Source: Amoebidium appalachense
Lineage: Eukaryota > Protista > Ichthyosporea
Direction of reading: 5' to 3'
Assembly (NCBI GenBank): GCA_963693365.1
Contig: CAVNZM010000008.1
Span: forward strand, 4,364,310-4,428,309
Length of the DNA stretch: 64,000 bases
Shown: positions 1 to 44,419 of the stretch, piece after piece
How positions within the stretch are numbered: the first letter of the stretch is position 1
How the letters are laid out: every line of letters begins with the position of its first letter
Position numbers and translations under genes: made by a program
The notes under the pieces: model-generated
What the model was told of the DNA's origin: nothing
What the model saw: the letters and a program-made list of their open reading frames with translations, nothing else
The model's database searches: none

Positions 1-56
1 GTGTGTGTGTGTGTGTGTGTCTTTGCTGGGTAATGGGAAAACAGAGGAAGTAAAAC

Positions 57-394
57 CTTGAAAGCCATATGCATCAAGGCACCGTATACGAGATCGGCTA
101 GCAAGGGTCCTTCCCAAATGTTGAGGAAAGAAGGAAAGAAGTGGCTATGTAGTGCATGGGCTAGTAGTGAGCCAGGTCGGGAGGAAGGAAAAGGGGCGGG
201 CCGTGGGCGGCGGGCGGGTGGCGCGGGGGCGGGGGGGGGGGGGGGGGGGGGGGGGGGAGAGGGAATGAGGAGGAGAGGAGGGGAGAAAGGGGTGGGGCGA
301 GGGAGGGAGAGGGAGGGAGGGAGAGAGAAAGGAAGAGGAGGGATGTAAAAGAGGGAGAGGGGGGGAGAAAGGGGGGGGGGGGGGGGGGGGGGGG

Positions 395-440
<46 letters not shown>

Positions 441-528
441 AGGGGAGAGAAAGAGAGAGAGTGAGAGTGAGAGTGAGAGAGAATAGGGGAAAGAGAGCGG
501 GGTGGAGGGGGAAGGGGGGGGGGGGGGG

Positions 529-565
<37 letters not shown>

Positions 566-1653
566 GAGAGAGGAAGAGAGCGGAAGAGAGAGAGAGAGAG
601 AGAGAGTGAGAGACAGAGAGAGAGAGAAAAGGAGTGAGTGAGAGAGAGAACTTAATCCTAGCCAAAGAATGGAAACACATTGGCAGACACAGAGCCTTGC
701 AACCAAAAGGGGTGTTTTATCAGGGAGGAAAGGCGGCTAACTGAAGTAACCAGTGATTTGCGGCAAGCAACAAGGAAGACTTGTTGGATGTAGATGGAAC
801 ATGGATAACCAGTCAAAAACAATGTGCTTCAGGCAAATGGGAAGTAAACAGCGGCCTGAGAGAAAGGCAATGTTTGTAAAGCGACGCAGCAAGTGCACTG
901 CCTGTGTGTGTGCCAAGGTTTGTGCATGTATGTCCGTGTGCGTGCATGAGTGGATGCCGGACTGAAATTAGATGGTTGCGCGCGCACACACACACATACA
1001 CAGTGTGTGTGTGTGCGTATGTTCGGGTATGTCTAGTCTCTCTGTATGCGCGAGGTTGTCCACGCGCGAGCATTATATCTAGGCGTACACATATCTATAG
1101 CCATGCATGTGTCCCATACATAGCCTTTCAGCGTGAAAAAAGCCGTATATGCTTCTGCGAAAGAAGTAGAGGTGTAGATGCCATGAAGTGAGAAGAACCA
1201 GAGCAGCAGGATTCCACAAGTAGCCCATCACTGCTTTAGAAATAATTTGCAAGCGCACGAGCAATGGGAAAGGGCCAGTTGATGGAGGTGGCGAAGGGGC
1301 CGCGGGTGGGGGGGGGGGGGGGGGGGGGGGGGAGAGGGGGGGGGGGGAGAGGGGGGGGGGGGGGGCTGAAAGTCTACCTTTTGAACCTTGGTGGTGGCTA
1401 GTCAACAAAGTTGGTTTTCGTTTCTACAAACCCAATTGCACGGGCTTGGCTTCTTTCCACTTAGCTCAAGCGCGGGAAGATGTTTGCTTCGTGCATATAA
1501 ATTCGTGGATCCACACACCGTAAGCCCAGTGTGGAAATGTATACCAAAACCTTTCCTAGGGGGTGCCTGAATGGGAAACGATAAAGAAGTAGCAAAACGA
1601 GGCTAGTTAGCTAAATTTTCAAAGGAAACCCCGCACCTACGTATATATTCTTC
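57..1653 (-). other. Possible spliced transcript (partial gene, pseudogene or lncRNA) running off the left edge
   Basis: Unique-sequence islands between microsatellites have minus-strand AG/GT borders (about 57-161, 652-696, 1119-1230, and a 15-nt island 1639-1653 reading tctttag|cagaagaatatatac|gtaggt). The first two join in phase (LCVCQCVSILWLGLTHALHSHFFPSFLNIWEGPLL...), but upstream islands contain stops and no family is recognisable. Confidence 0.2.
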
Positions 1654-2208
1654 TGCTAAAGAGAAGAGAAGTGCGTTTTTACGCAGTGCCCCTCATAGGT
1701 TCCCGGCCCCCGCTTGAGTCTGGCAGTGCGCGTGCGTGTGCCTGCAGTTGTGCCGGCCGAAGATTTTGGGAGCCCGCGCTTTGTCGATCGGATGCACTTC
1801 ATTGGTTTACACCATACTGCTTAGGTAGACGCTTGCTAATCAAATTAGCCAGACTAAATATTTTGCCAAAGAAGAGCACATGTTCATTTTCATCGCACGA
1901 TTACACCCGATCGCTTTCTTCATCTGAAGTATATATCCAGCACAGGCCTACAGGCAGGGTACCAGCCAAGGCCTCCTAGGCTTGGTGCCAGCTCAATCTG
2001 CCAGCTCAGGGCCGGGTGCCCCAACCAACTGCCATTTCAAAACTAAGGATATGCCTACGGCATGAAGCTTGCTCGCCGGGGCGGGGGCGAAAGGCGACGG
2101 CCAAGGAAATGCGCTTTCGATCCATATTCTGGCTTTCCAGCCAAAAATATTGTCAAAAATATTGTCTATCACTGCTCCTACAGCGGGTCTCTCCCTCTCT
2201 CTCTCTAG

Positions 2209-2300
<92 letters not shown>

Positions 2301-2323
2301 TCTCACTCTCCGCCCCCAAAAGG

Positions 2324-2416
<93 letters not shown>

Positions 2417-2725
2417 CGTCTCTCTATCTCTCTCGTTCTCCCCCCCCCCCCCCCCCCCCCCCCGTCCCTCTCCCCCCCGAGTCCCTCTCTCTCTCAGAGA
2501 GGGGGCCCCTCATAGTCCGCTGGGAGGACCATACTAGCCGACCCAAAATGTAAACTTTACATTTTCTCCCATTGTCTGTTGGGGGGGGAGGGGGACTTGG
2601 AGGGAGGGACTCGGAGGGGCGGAGGGCGAGAGGGATCGGAGGTTATGAGTTGAATAGAGTGCATGCCATTTTCCCTCCCCATTTAGATTCTACACACACA
2701 CATGCGCACACATGCATGCACACAT

Positions 2726-2890
2726 TCGCTAAGTTTAGAACACGCAGCACAAGCACAGACACGTGAGATACACAGACACACACAGACTGAGCTATGACAT
2801 AATGACGTAGTATACAAACAACTACACGTGCTCTCGCTAAGTTTAGAACACGCACTTGTACAAGCACAGACACGTGAGACACACAGACAC
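2726..2890. repeat. Degenerate tandem duplication (~110 bp period)
   Basis: tcgctaagtttagaacacgca...acaagcacagacacgtgaga.acacagacaca occurs at ~2726 and ~2834. Confidence 0.75.
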
Positions 2891-3445
2891 ATGGCATGTA
2901 TAACACACGAATGAAGTTTGGCAAGTTCACAAACGTGCATGACTCGAAGTGGCCAAGCCAAGAAACACGGCTCCGCCGAAAGCAAATACCATACGTATTC
3001 ATTGTATATGTACGTAGTAGTGACTGTCACTAATATATTTTCTATTACAAGTAGGTCTGTGCGCCGGCTGTCGCCGGCGCCAAAACATAACGAGACAGTT
3101 ATTGATGTTGGGTTGTGTGGTGGTTACCTCCCCTCCCCCCTCCCCCCGGCCCCCCCCCCGATCCCTAAACCCCCCACCGGCCTCACGCCCCCCCCCCCCC
3201 CCCCCCCCCCCCGGCCCCCCTCCCCCCCCCAGGCTGGCCCCCCCACCTCACGCTCCCCCCCCCCCCCCCTTTTCTTGCCCCTCTCCCACTCAAAAAGGTG
3301 AGAATACACACACGTTCATGATTGGCACGTGATCATCAAGGGAAAAGGAGAGGTAGGCAAAAGAGGAATTCAAGGGTTTCATTGGAGGGTGTGTCACAGC
3401 CAATGAACAAGAAAAAAGCATACATGAGCGACCCCCCAAACCCCC

Positions 3446-3582
3446 GTCTCTCTAGATTATACTGGATAGAGATCTATGGATAGGAGAGGTATGGTCAAGG
3501 GGCCGGGGGGGATGGTCTCTCTAGATTATACTGGATAGCACATCATGTAGTAGAGATCTATGGATAGGAGAGGTATGGTCAA
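3446..3582. repeat. Direct repeat pair (~55-65 bp)
   Basis: gtctctctagattatactggatag...agagatctatggataggagaggtatggtcaa occurs twice; the second copy carries a short insertion. Confidence 0.75.
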
Positions 3583-3789
3583 CCCCCCCCCCCCCCCCCC
3601 CCCCTCAGCCAGACATGATCACAGTGCATATGTGAGCACGCACTCTAATATATTCCGCGTGCACGCACAGTGTCACTTTCATCTGTAAAAAAAATAATAT
3701 AACCATATACATTGCACACTTTCATCTCTAAAGTAATTTAACATAATGCATACTTCATAAAAAACGTGACACTACAATAGAATAACACT

Positions 3790-4817
3790 CAGGGCTGTTA
3801 TGGCTCCGGCGGCTAGCCAGCCGCCTAGCCAGCCGGAATCCTCCTCAGCCGAGCCGAGCCGAAATCGCTCCGGAAGGCGGCTTGGCTGGAATCCCCCCAA
3901 CCCTTCTCCCAGGCGTGGTCTGTCCCACAGTACTCTACCAATCATAAAGGACAAAGTTTTCATAGTATATAAAGGCTGTTAAGATCAATTTTACAGGCGG
4001 AATTGAATCAGGAATATGACTGGGGTTTGCTCACTATTTATTGCTGTGGACACTGTTAACGTTGGGGGCCCAGCCTCACTCGACGGCCTACTGCGTTTTC
4101 CAGCGCAGCCAATCAAATGCAGCTAGAGACATATGTACATGCTAAACAACATTTAGCGCCATCTTAATAGATGACAACCCTATTACATATTATGGGTAAG
4201 CCTGAGGCTAGCATTGATAGCTCCGAAAGAAAGTTAAGACACCGTATCACAATATCATACTGCGCAGCATTAATAAGGCGATCTAGGATAGTCATTATAA
4301 AACGGATATCTTGAGGAAGGGAGGTAGCAAAGAGAATAAAACCGCCCATAACCTCTGAGTTCCGAGTCTATTACGTTAGCTAGCAGGTCACGCTTATTGA
4401 TAGATATGCATCCGCGAGTAAACCGCCCCCCACACATATTACACTGGCACGCACTGACTGTGCCCTCTAGCCGATGTACGATATAAATCGACGTCTATTT
4501 TTCAAGGTAGGTGAGTCACGTGATCAGCCGCTCTCCGTATCGTCCACGTCCGCGTCTTCTTGAAAAATAAGAGCTACCTCAGAAGGTAGCAGATATTACA
4601 CAAGAGAATATGACTATTAGTCAAGTTGGTCCAGTTTTATAGGAAAAGATAAAAATTTGAAAAATTAAATCGCAATATTATACCTTGAAAATATAATATA
4701 ATATAATATAATCGGTATTTTAAAATTTTAACGTCCAGCCGGCTCGAGCCGGCTAGCCAGCTGCGATGGAGGGTTTAGCCAGCTGAGCCAGCCAGAATCC
4801 TGTTTGTAACAGCCCTG
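3790..4817. mobile_element. Non-autonomous DNA transposon, hAT-like (~1.03 kb)
   Basis: Perfect 11-bp TIRs CAGGGCTGTTA (3790-3800) and TAACAGCCCTG (4807-4817), clustered subterminal (GCT)AGCCAGC/AGCCG motifs at both ends, and no transposase ORF. 5'-CAGGG termini are typical of hAT. No clean 8-bp TSD is visible. Confidence 0.6.
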
Positions 4818-4950
4818 ATAGGCTAACACCAATTTTTCAAAATCAGGCGATATCCATATGTGAGCACGCGCGCGCCTCACGATGGCCGCAAGTAAGGGTA
4901 TCTGATCGCCTCACGTCAAGGGATCCGCATGTTGATGTTTCGTTCATGCG

Positions 4951-4982
4951 CACGGCCATCTAGGTGTTTCTAGATGGCCGTG
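4951..4982. mobile_element. 32-bp micro-element: 13-bp TIRs with 9-bp TSD
   Basis: CACGGCCATCTAG-gtgttt-CTAGATGGCCGTG, flanked by identical GTTCATGCG at 4942-4950 and 4983-4991. Confidence 0.7.
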
Positions 4983-5039
4983 GTTCATGCGCTACCCCGC
5001 ACGCCCACGCCTTTCATCATTTTCTAATAATCCTTAATG

Positions 5040-5699
5040 ACGTCACCAGGGCGTAGTCTATAAAACGTCGCGACTATGGTGCACAGCCCCTATAGACCTA
5101 CCTATAGGTTTTTCGTGAATAACTTTTGAACGGATCGAGCTTTTCAAGAAGTTCCGCCGGCAACTTTCATGGGCTCGATGAGACCGAGCGATTTATGCAA
5201 TAAAAAAATTTCGGGTCAGTTTGCCCAATTTCGACTCCGACCCGGTCCGACCCGGTCCGACCCGATCCGAAAAGATGTGTTTGCGCAAACAATCGGGCCT
5301 TGTTTGCGCAAACAGGCACGTGAAGCAGCCACAACGAAGAAAAATACTTGCGCTTTTGCCTCAAACGGCACTCCTGTTCAAGCACCGAGTGGCACGGTGC
5401 TTTACAGTTACGTAAATGCGTCCTAGGAAAATTAGAAGAACAGACTCTAGCGGTCGTTTCAATAGCACAAGGAGGGTCGTGGATCGAGATCTAGAAGATC
5501 CAAGCTATAGCCCCCCCCGTGTGAGTTGGAGGATCACTCGGACACAATTGGAACATCAGAAACCGCGTTAACAGAAACGACAAAGACGCTGGTGACACTA
5601 AGCATGCTGTTTTTCTAGACACAAATAGAAGACCTCCGGTTTATACCGGCTGTAAGCCAAAAACGTTAGAAAATAGAAAATATAAGAAAAACAAACGTC

Positions 5700-5730
<31 letters not shown>

Positions 5731-5761
5731 TACACATACACACCATAAACCGACACAAACA

Positions 5762-5796
<35 letters not shown>

Positions 5797-5805
5797 CCTC
5801 ACACA

Positions 5806-5869
<64 letters not shown>

Positions 5870-6410
5870 CATGTGCAACGTACACAAACAGCCTGGGCAG
5901 GGGTGTGTGGGTATCATGCATAGGGGTGGGGGGGGGGGGGGGGGGGGGAGGGGGGGGGGCGGCTGGAGACCCCCCAAAAAAAATTTCGAATATTTAAAAT
6001 CCGGCTCCATGGGTTGATAGAGCTCGACGAGCTGAGCATTTTGAGGGGTCATTTGGGGGGTGTGCAATGTATACCTGCCTAGTTCATGAGGGTCGAAAAT
6101 TTTCCCCATTTTTTTGGCCAATTAGTAAACTTTGCGCCCCCTTTTTTTGAAAACGGAAACATTTTCTGAAAAAGTAATCCATACATTCGAAAGTACTCAC
6201 CAAGACCTTTCATTTGCACCCATAATTTCCAAAAAATAATGTCGGGGGGGTCCCATTCATGGCGGTCGAAATTCTCGGGATTTGTATAGACGTATAGAGG
6301 CTAGCTTTCGGGCCAGTTTTCGGGCCACCTAAACGGCGGCCGGGCCTGATAGTGGCCTGGCTCGCCAACTTACGCTTTAGCCTGAAACGCAAGGCCTACG
6401 GTAGGCTACG
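5040..6410 (+). mobile_element. Putative relics of non-autonomous Helentron/HINE-like or other DNA elements
   Basis: TE-like motifs (aataacttttgaacgg, gatcgagatctag, tagagctcgacga), an internal (CA)n tract, and short hairpins (ccggt-ttat-accgg ~5636-5649; gcctac-g-gtaggc ~6394-6406). No ORF. The class is inferred from motif resemblance only. Confidence 0.3.
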
Positions 6411-6590
6411 AATCTTCCAACAGCATGCATATCACCTAAGCAAGCTATACGTCACTAAGCAAAACATAAACGCTAGCTAGCTAGTATATTAGTTTACCCA
6501 AAGCTACGAAAATCAGTGAAGCATATGCATCCTTAGAGGGTTTTAAAATTGCTTGGAACTCTGGTCATCGGCGCTACGAATCCCAACGTC

Positions 6591-8635
<2,045 letters not shown>

Positions 8636-9380
8636 CGAAAGGACTGTTTCTGGACACCAACTGCAACATGAGGTCTCCTCTTTTAGTGGCCATCGTGGCC
8701 CATTTGAATGGTGGCTTAGCTTTAGCTTGATAGGATAGGTGAACGTATGAACGAATTCGAATGAAAACTGAAAAAGACTTTTCCTCTTTTCCTCGGAGAA
8801 AGGGTGAGAGGTGGGGAGGGGGGGGGGAGGGAGGGGGGGGGGGACCACTTTGAATGCTACATGTCACCGATAGACTCAAGTAAAATTTCTAAGAATGGTC
8901 TTTTTTATTTTCAGTGTGACCGAACCTGGAATCGGAGCTCCTGCTTGCAGCTAGAACGTCTTGTACACAGATCAGTGCCCGGCTGGACACTGGGTTCGCT
9001 TTCCTTTTATGTGCGTGTGTGTTTGTGTATGTATGGGCGGTGACGGCGGTGGTGGTGGTGGGGATGGGGTGGTGGGAAGTGGTTGTGTCTTGTGTTTTCT
9101 GGTTTCTGGTTTGGGTGGGTGGTGGTGGTGGCGTGTGCATGTGTGTGCGTGGGGAGGGGGGGGGAGGGGCCTTTTTGTGGCACGGCACATCTTGTGTGTG
9201 TTTGCGCGCGCCCGTATGTGTACTGCTGTGTATGTATGTGCCCAGAAAAAACTGCCCACGAGTCATCTGACTGACTGAGGCAGATGTGAGACCAGTACAG
9301 GATACTGTGTAAGACTACAAGTGTAGGATGGAGGAATGCAGTGAGGAATGCCAACCACATTCCTCACACTAGCACCAGCA

Positions 9381-9430
9381 CGCTGTGATTGGCTGAACGT
9401 AACTGAGCAGCCAATGAAAAGCTCACAGCG
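9381..9430. promoter_or_regulatory. Inverted CCAAT-box pair upstream of the adenylate cyclase gene
   Basis: ATTGGCTG...CAGCCAAT inside a gctgtga...tcacagc imperfect palindrome, in a microsatellite-free stretch ~1 kb before the ATG. A possible 5'UTR intron lies at ~10026-10311. Confidence 0.35.
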
Positions 9431-10363
9431 CCCGCCAACCAGAGTGTGGTATTCTTTTCTGTTTTCCGGAAACAATTGCTCTGAAATACCCGGACTCCCG
9501 GTGGCCAGAGTCCTCACGGTAGGGGGTGAGGGTGAGAGACACCAAATCTTCGAGCCTTTATATTCAACAAATATAATGATCTGTGATTATGTTCAACGGT
9601 GAACTCTCAAGTTTAAAAGTTTTGTTAAAATTTAGACATCATGAAAGCTTTCCCCAATATTTTGATTGGTCATGAAAGAACACATCTCCACACATCCTAA
9701 ACGGGAACTTCGTCGAGAAGCCAGAACAATTGCGGTATTTCAGCTTGTTTTTTAACCCTACAGCTAACCTGGGTTTCAATAAATTTATGTGACCTGTTTT
9801 GGGACAACACAACACACGTTGACAGAACGAAACTGAGAGCAACTGTTTACTGCGCAGTGCGCACACACTTTTATGACGTCGTTTTGCCACCGTGTGCTGT
9901 GAGAAAAATACATTTACCAGTTACTTTTGTGTCTATTATTGTATCAAACGTATTTCTGTAAGTTAGTAACTCTCTTTGATCTTCAGTGTTCTACGCACAC
10001 CAACAAATGGAACACGAGCCCGAGGTAGCAAGCGTACATTTGAATATGGGCCTATTCAATCCTCCTAAGGTTTGTCTTCGAATCTATTGAGGAGTCGTTT
10101 GTTTTTGACCTTCTAAGAAAGCGGTTTCTCAACTTGACTAATAGCAAGTGATTTAGTGTACACCCACTTTCCAATCCACTTACTCTGCCGGAACTTTGAT
10201 CGATCAGAGGCTGTCAAATCTACCTGAGCGTGTGAATAACCTCTTTGCATTGTCATGTTGACGGGGCCAAAATACACATCACTTTGTTCTAAAGGCAGTT
10301 CCTCTTGCTAGGAGATTATTTCCTCATGCACTCCCACGACATCGCATAAGCTCACAACCACAC

Positions 10364-35995
<25,632 letters not shown>

Positions 35996-36561
35996 CGGCA
36001 ATCCGATCGGTGGAATATGTGATTTAAAGTTAACGCCCTTCGACTATTGGTTAGGATCATTCTACTGATTGAATGGCTCAATGCAACGGGAATTTTGTAA
36101 ATTACACCACAATTTAGGCATGTTAGGTATATGAGAATGTTTTTGTTTGTTGTTGTTTGATATTTGTCTTCTTGCTAGTTGATTGCTCTTGAGTATTAGT
36201 GAAATGCGTGATTTGTGTGGATTTTTTTCTCGGCTGAATGATAGGTCACAGTAGGTGAATGTACAGTTTAGTATTACGTAAACAGGTGTAAATGACCGAA
36301 AAAGTGTGTGATTGTTGTTGATGTTGGTGTTGCTTTTTTGTGCTTTGCTTCCCTGTTAGCTTATGTATGATACATCCGGATCGTGTTAGTGATAGCACAT
36401 GGCCCTTTCAAATCAAAACTTAGTCATTTCCGGCTTTCAGCCAGTCCAGAAATTGTTGTCACAAATCTTGTTGGTCACTGGGGATATGTGGCTGACTAAG
36501 GCTGGTATCTGTCTGTGTGAGTTTGGCTCCAAAATGCTCTAAACAGAGCATATGCGCACGC

Positions 36562-36638
<77 letters not shown>

Positions 36639-37044
36639 ACATGCACGCACACACACACGTTCACACACGTGGAAGCAACTGGATAAAGTAAAGATTGGGG
36701 TGTAAATATTAGTCTTACTACTAGTCTTTCTCTTGACAATGTAGTGTTCGATTATGTAAGCAACCTTCCTTTTTTCATATCATGATTTTTATGGTTTTAT
36801 GGTCTCCCTGCCTTCCCCCAAGCTGCGGATTCAGTAAAAAAAACTGCTCGGCTGACTTCATTTCGTGCGAATCGGCATGTTATGGCAAGGGGGAATTCTT
36901 GATTTTCACTAGTACCAAGTCTTATTGCTTGATGTCCAAGGGACGTATACCTTTTAGAGGGGTTTTTTGTTTGTTTGTTTGTTTGTTTTTCCCCTCCTCC
37001 CCCGTTGCTGTATGCGTAGGTGACTAGCTAATTGTAGTTTGATT

Positions 37045-37336
37045 TCAGTTGCAAAACCATGAGAAATTCATGGTATTGTTGGTACTCAAAAACATCTGAA
37101 TAAAGGAGGTTCCAGCTTGCAGAATCTGCACGTCAAACCAGAAACTGTAAAAAGTCTGAGAGAGGATAACTTCTGTGTTGGAAACTTTTAGCACTGGGGC
37201 TGAGCTAGTCAACCTGAAAGATGGTCGATAACGTTTGGGTGTACTTACGCTCAACCAATGTACGAGACAAAAAGGAAAGGTGGGGTTGGTGGTGTCACGG
37301 TGTGTGTTTTCTTTTTTTTTTTTTTTTTTTTTTTTT

Positions 37337-37386
<50 letters not shown>

Positions 37387-37572
37387 GTCACGGTGTGTGG
37401 GTGTTGGGGGGGGGGGGGGGGGGGGAGGGGGGGAAGGAGAGGGAGGTGGGGGGGAGGGGGGGCGGGATACGGGTTGAAGAGTAAAATTTAAAGAAGACGC
37501 TTTTTTCAGTTTTGAAGTGTGTGTGTGTGTGTGTGTGTGTGTGATGAGTGTGTGTGCGTGTGTGTGTGTCAC

Positions 37573-37634
<62 letters not shown>

Positions 37635-37756
37635 GGTGTTTAAATTGGGGGGGGGGGGGGGGGGGGGGTGCGGGATGGGTGGCGGGTGGGTTGTGTTGCC
37701 GCGATAGTGCCAGTAGTGGCAGTGGTGGTGCCAGTGTGCGGCGGCAGCGGGGGGAA

Positions 37757-37789
<33 letters not shown>

Positions 37790-38197
37790 AGGGGGGAGGG
37801 GGGGAAGGATTTCCGAATCGATGTGTGTGTTGGCCTTTTGATTCAAGTTATTTCTTTCTTTTTTTGGCGCGGCGGGAGGGGGGGGGGGGGGGGGGTAGAT
37901 TTTGACGTGTGCGTTGGTCTTCAATTTTATTTGTTTATTCGAGTCTGTTGTGGCGCACATGGGGGAGGGGAGGGGGGGGGGGGTACTCCGCGGGGGGAGG
38001 GGGGCCTGAGAGGGGAAGGACCTGGGGGGAGGGGGGGGGGGGGGGGGGCGAGGGCGGGGGGAGGGGGTGGAGGGTGGGGGGGGGGGAGGGGGGGGGGACT
38101 TATACAGTGTTTTGGAAGGGGGAAGATAGGGGGATATGCAGGGGTCGGGGGAGGACTCGAGTGGAGGGGGGGGTGGAGGCCGGGGCCCCGGGGAGCC

Positions 38198-38233
<36 letters not shown>

Positions 38234-38356
38234 GGGGGGGGGGAGGGTCGACCTGAGGCCGGGGGGATCGGGATTGCACGCGTGCAACGGTTCGCCGGAG
38301 GCGAAGGGGACGGGGAGAAGCCAGCTGGCCATACTCATGCCCACACACCGTGCCAT
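37045..38356 (-). other. Possible small orphan gene or lncRNA divergent from ATG8
   Basis: An island at ~38253-38356 (MARCVGMSMASWLL...PGL ag|gtcgac) joins in phase to ~37045-37213 (tttcag|g LTSSAPVLKVSNTEVILSQTFYSFWFDVQ...WFCN*). No recognisable family. Confidence 0.2.
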
Positions 38357-39226
38357 GATTTCACATGAACTACCTCTTAGAACATCCTGGTTTTCACTCG
38401 GGTTGGATCCTGGAGTCTCTCCCGGAGAGTTTGCATGCACGTTGACCTTCGAACACACGTGCACGCCTCACACGCGCCGTCACACGGCCAGCCTCGGGTG
38501 CACCCGGCGCTGGATGATCACTTCGTTTACTCAAAAGAATGCAAAAAGCAGCGATCTACAAATCAAGATTGGTGGAGCGTCGTGAAAAACCATCGACAGC
38601 GTATCCAATCAGCACATTCCTAGGCCCTTTGAGGCACATTCCATTGACATCATCACATGCCAGAGAGCCGCATTACGTAAGCCTTTTCCGGGAGCCTCGG
38701 CCAAGAACAAACTGCGTCATTTCAGATCTGTTGATTCCTCGATGAGATCTTCCTTGCTTGTGTCTAGTTGTAAACGACATAATCGAGTATATAATATCTT
38801 GTCTTCTGAGATGAAACATATAGAAACGAGGAAAAGATACTTAAGAATAGCCTGTTATCGAGGAACCAAAAACGTAAGCAGCAACAACCAGCTTTTTCCA
38901 CCACCAGACCACCTTCGCTGCCGCAAGAGTGAAAAAATTCACGAAAACACCACACATTCTCTTAATCCGTGTATACACAAAAGTCGCTAGAAAAGCAATT
39001 CACACTTATATTCTTCACTGTTGATCTTTTTGTTCACTAATCAAAGTAGGTTTGGTCGTGTACAAAAGAATTTTATCAGCTTACTCTAGAGAAACCTTTT
39101 GACTGACTCTGACATTGTCAAGGGGGAAACGTTAGTCAGTGGAGCTTTGTGGGCCGCTATTTTTGGGCCCTGGAGTCTTTTTGAAGTACAGCAGCACTCT
39201 TCCGTTACGTTATCCAGAACAAGAAA

Positions 39227-42858
<3,632 letters not shown>

Positions 42859-43866
42859 ATTTTTCCGGGGGTTTTTGTGTTTTGTGTGGTTTTTTTGTGG
42901 GGTTTGTAGTGTTTTTTTGTTTCAGGGTTAATGGAGTGCTGAATTCCTACCCACCGCCATTATGCCTTATTAGGAAGGTGTGCCCTTTACTACATGTGTC
43001 AACTTCAGTTAGGACTATAGGAAAGCATTGCCTTGTGGTTATAAAGGATTTTATGTTGAAAATCAACTCGATGTGATAAGGCAGGCACTTTTTCCTTATT
43101 TCATAATAGCGAAATATCGTGTGTGGTGGTGGGGTTATAGTTAGGGAGGGAAGGTGATTGATACACTAATCTAGATGTGTGTCTGTTTGTGCGTTGGAAA
43201 TTTGGGTTTGTGGATGAAAGGGTAGTGGGACCAACGTGTGTTCATAGGGGATTGTGTGATGTAATCGGTTTTTTTTCTTTTATATTCTTTTGTGCGAAAA
43301 TAAAACCGACGATCTACGTCGTGTGCCGAAGCACGTGTGTTTGTGCTCTCTCCTTCACCCCTTTCTTTTTTTTTCCATTTTCATTTCATTCCTTTTTGTT
43401 TTGCTTGGTTGTTGAGGAACGTACAGGTCCTAGATGGTTTTCCGGGGGTTCACATGGCATAAGGAAAATGCTAATAATGATTACGGTCGGGATAAGAATA
43501 TTGGAGATGTGTGTGTGTTTGAGTGGATGTGAACAGATGTTTAGACCAATTGTGGACATTGCCTTTCTTGGAAGGTGAGAACGGGTGAGAACAATGGCAC
43601 TGAGTGAGAAGAACTAGTTATGGGCATGCAGGAAGTGTGTATGGGTGGGAGTGTGGGTGGCTGGGTGGGTGTTTTGGAGAATATGGTGGGTGCCTCATTC
43701 GGCATGTGTGTGTGAAATTTGCGAGTGTGCTGTGTGTTTTGGTGGTACCGGTGCACAGTGGTGTACATGACTGTTATGTGTGTGTGTGCATTTTTTGTGT
43801 GTGTGTGCATGTGTGCATGTGTGTGTGTACACACGACACTGCAGCGTGTACCTGTGTGTGTACAGC

Positions 43867-43906
<40 letters not shown>

Positions 43907-44233
43907 TTTGGGGGGAACGGCGGAGGGGCCGGTGAACTTCAAGGTGATGGCGGCACTGCGGCTGCCGGACCTGAGCGACCTACACCTTTCTAAGCGCACG
44001 TGCCGCATATCATGCGATCATAACCATTTGGTATCGAACCTTTGTATTAGGAGGTCATATATGCATCATTCTTGCTTACTAAATCGCCGGAGCTTGTATA
44101 CGCCATGAACCTTAAAAATTCAAGGTGTGCTAGTGCCTGCTTTTGTTTTTGTTTTTTATTTATTTATTTATAATTTTTTTTTTTAGGAAAAAAAATAGGA
44201 AAAGAAAGGAAAAAATTGGAGGGCGGGGCGGGG

Positions 44234-44280
<47 letters not shown>

Positions 44281-44325
44281 CTGCAGTGTGTGTGTGTGCA
44301 GGGAGAATCTAAATCTCTAGTGAGA

Positions 44326-44364
<39 letters not shown>

Positions 44365-44381
44365 GAGAAAGAGATTGTGTG

Positions 44382-44419
<38 letters not shown>

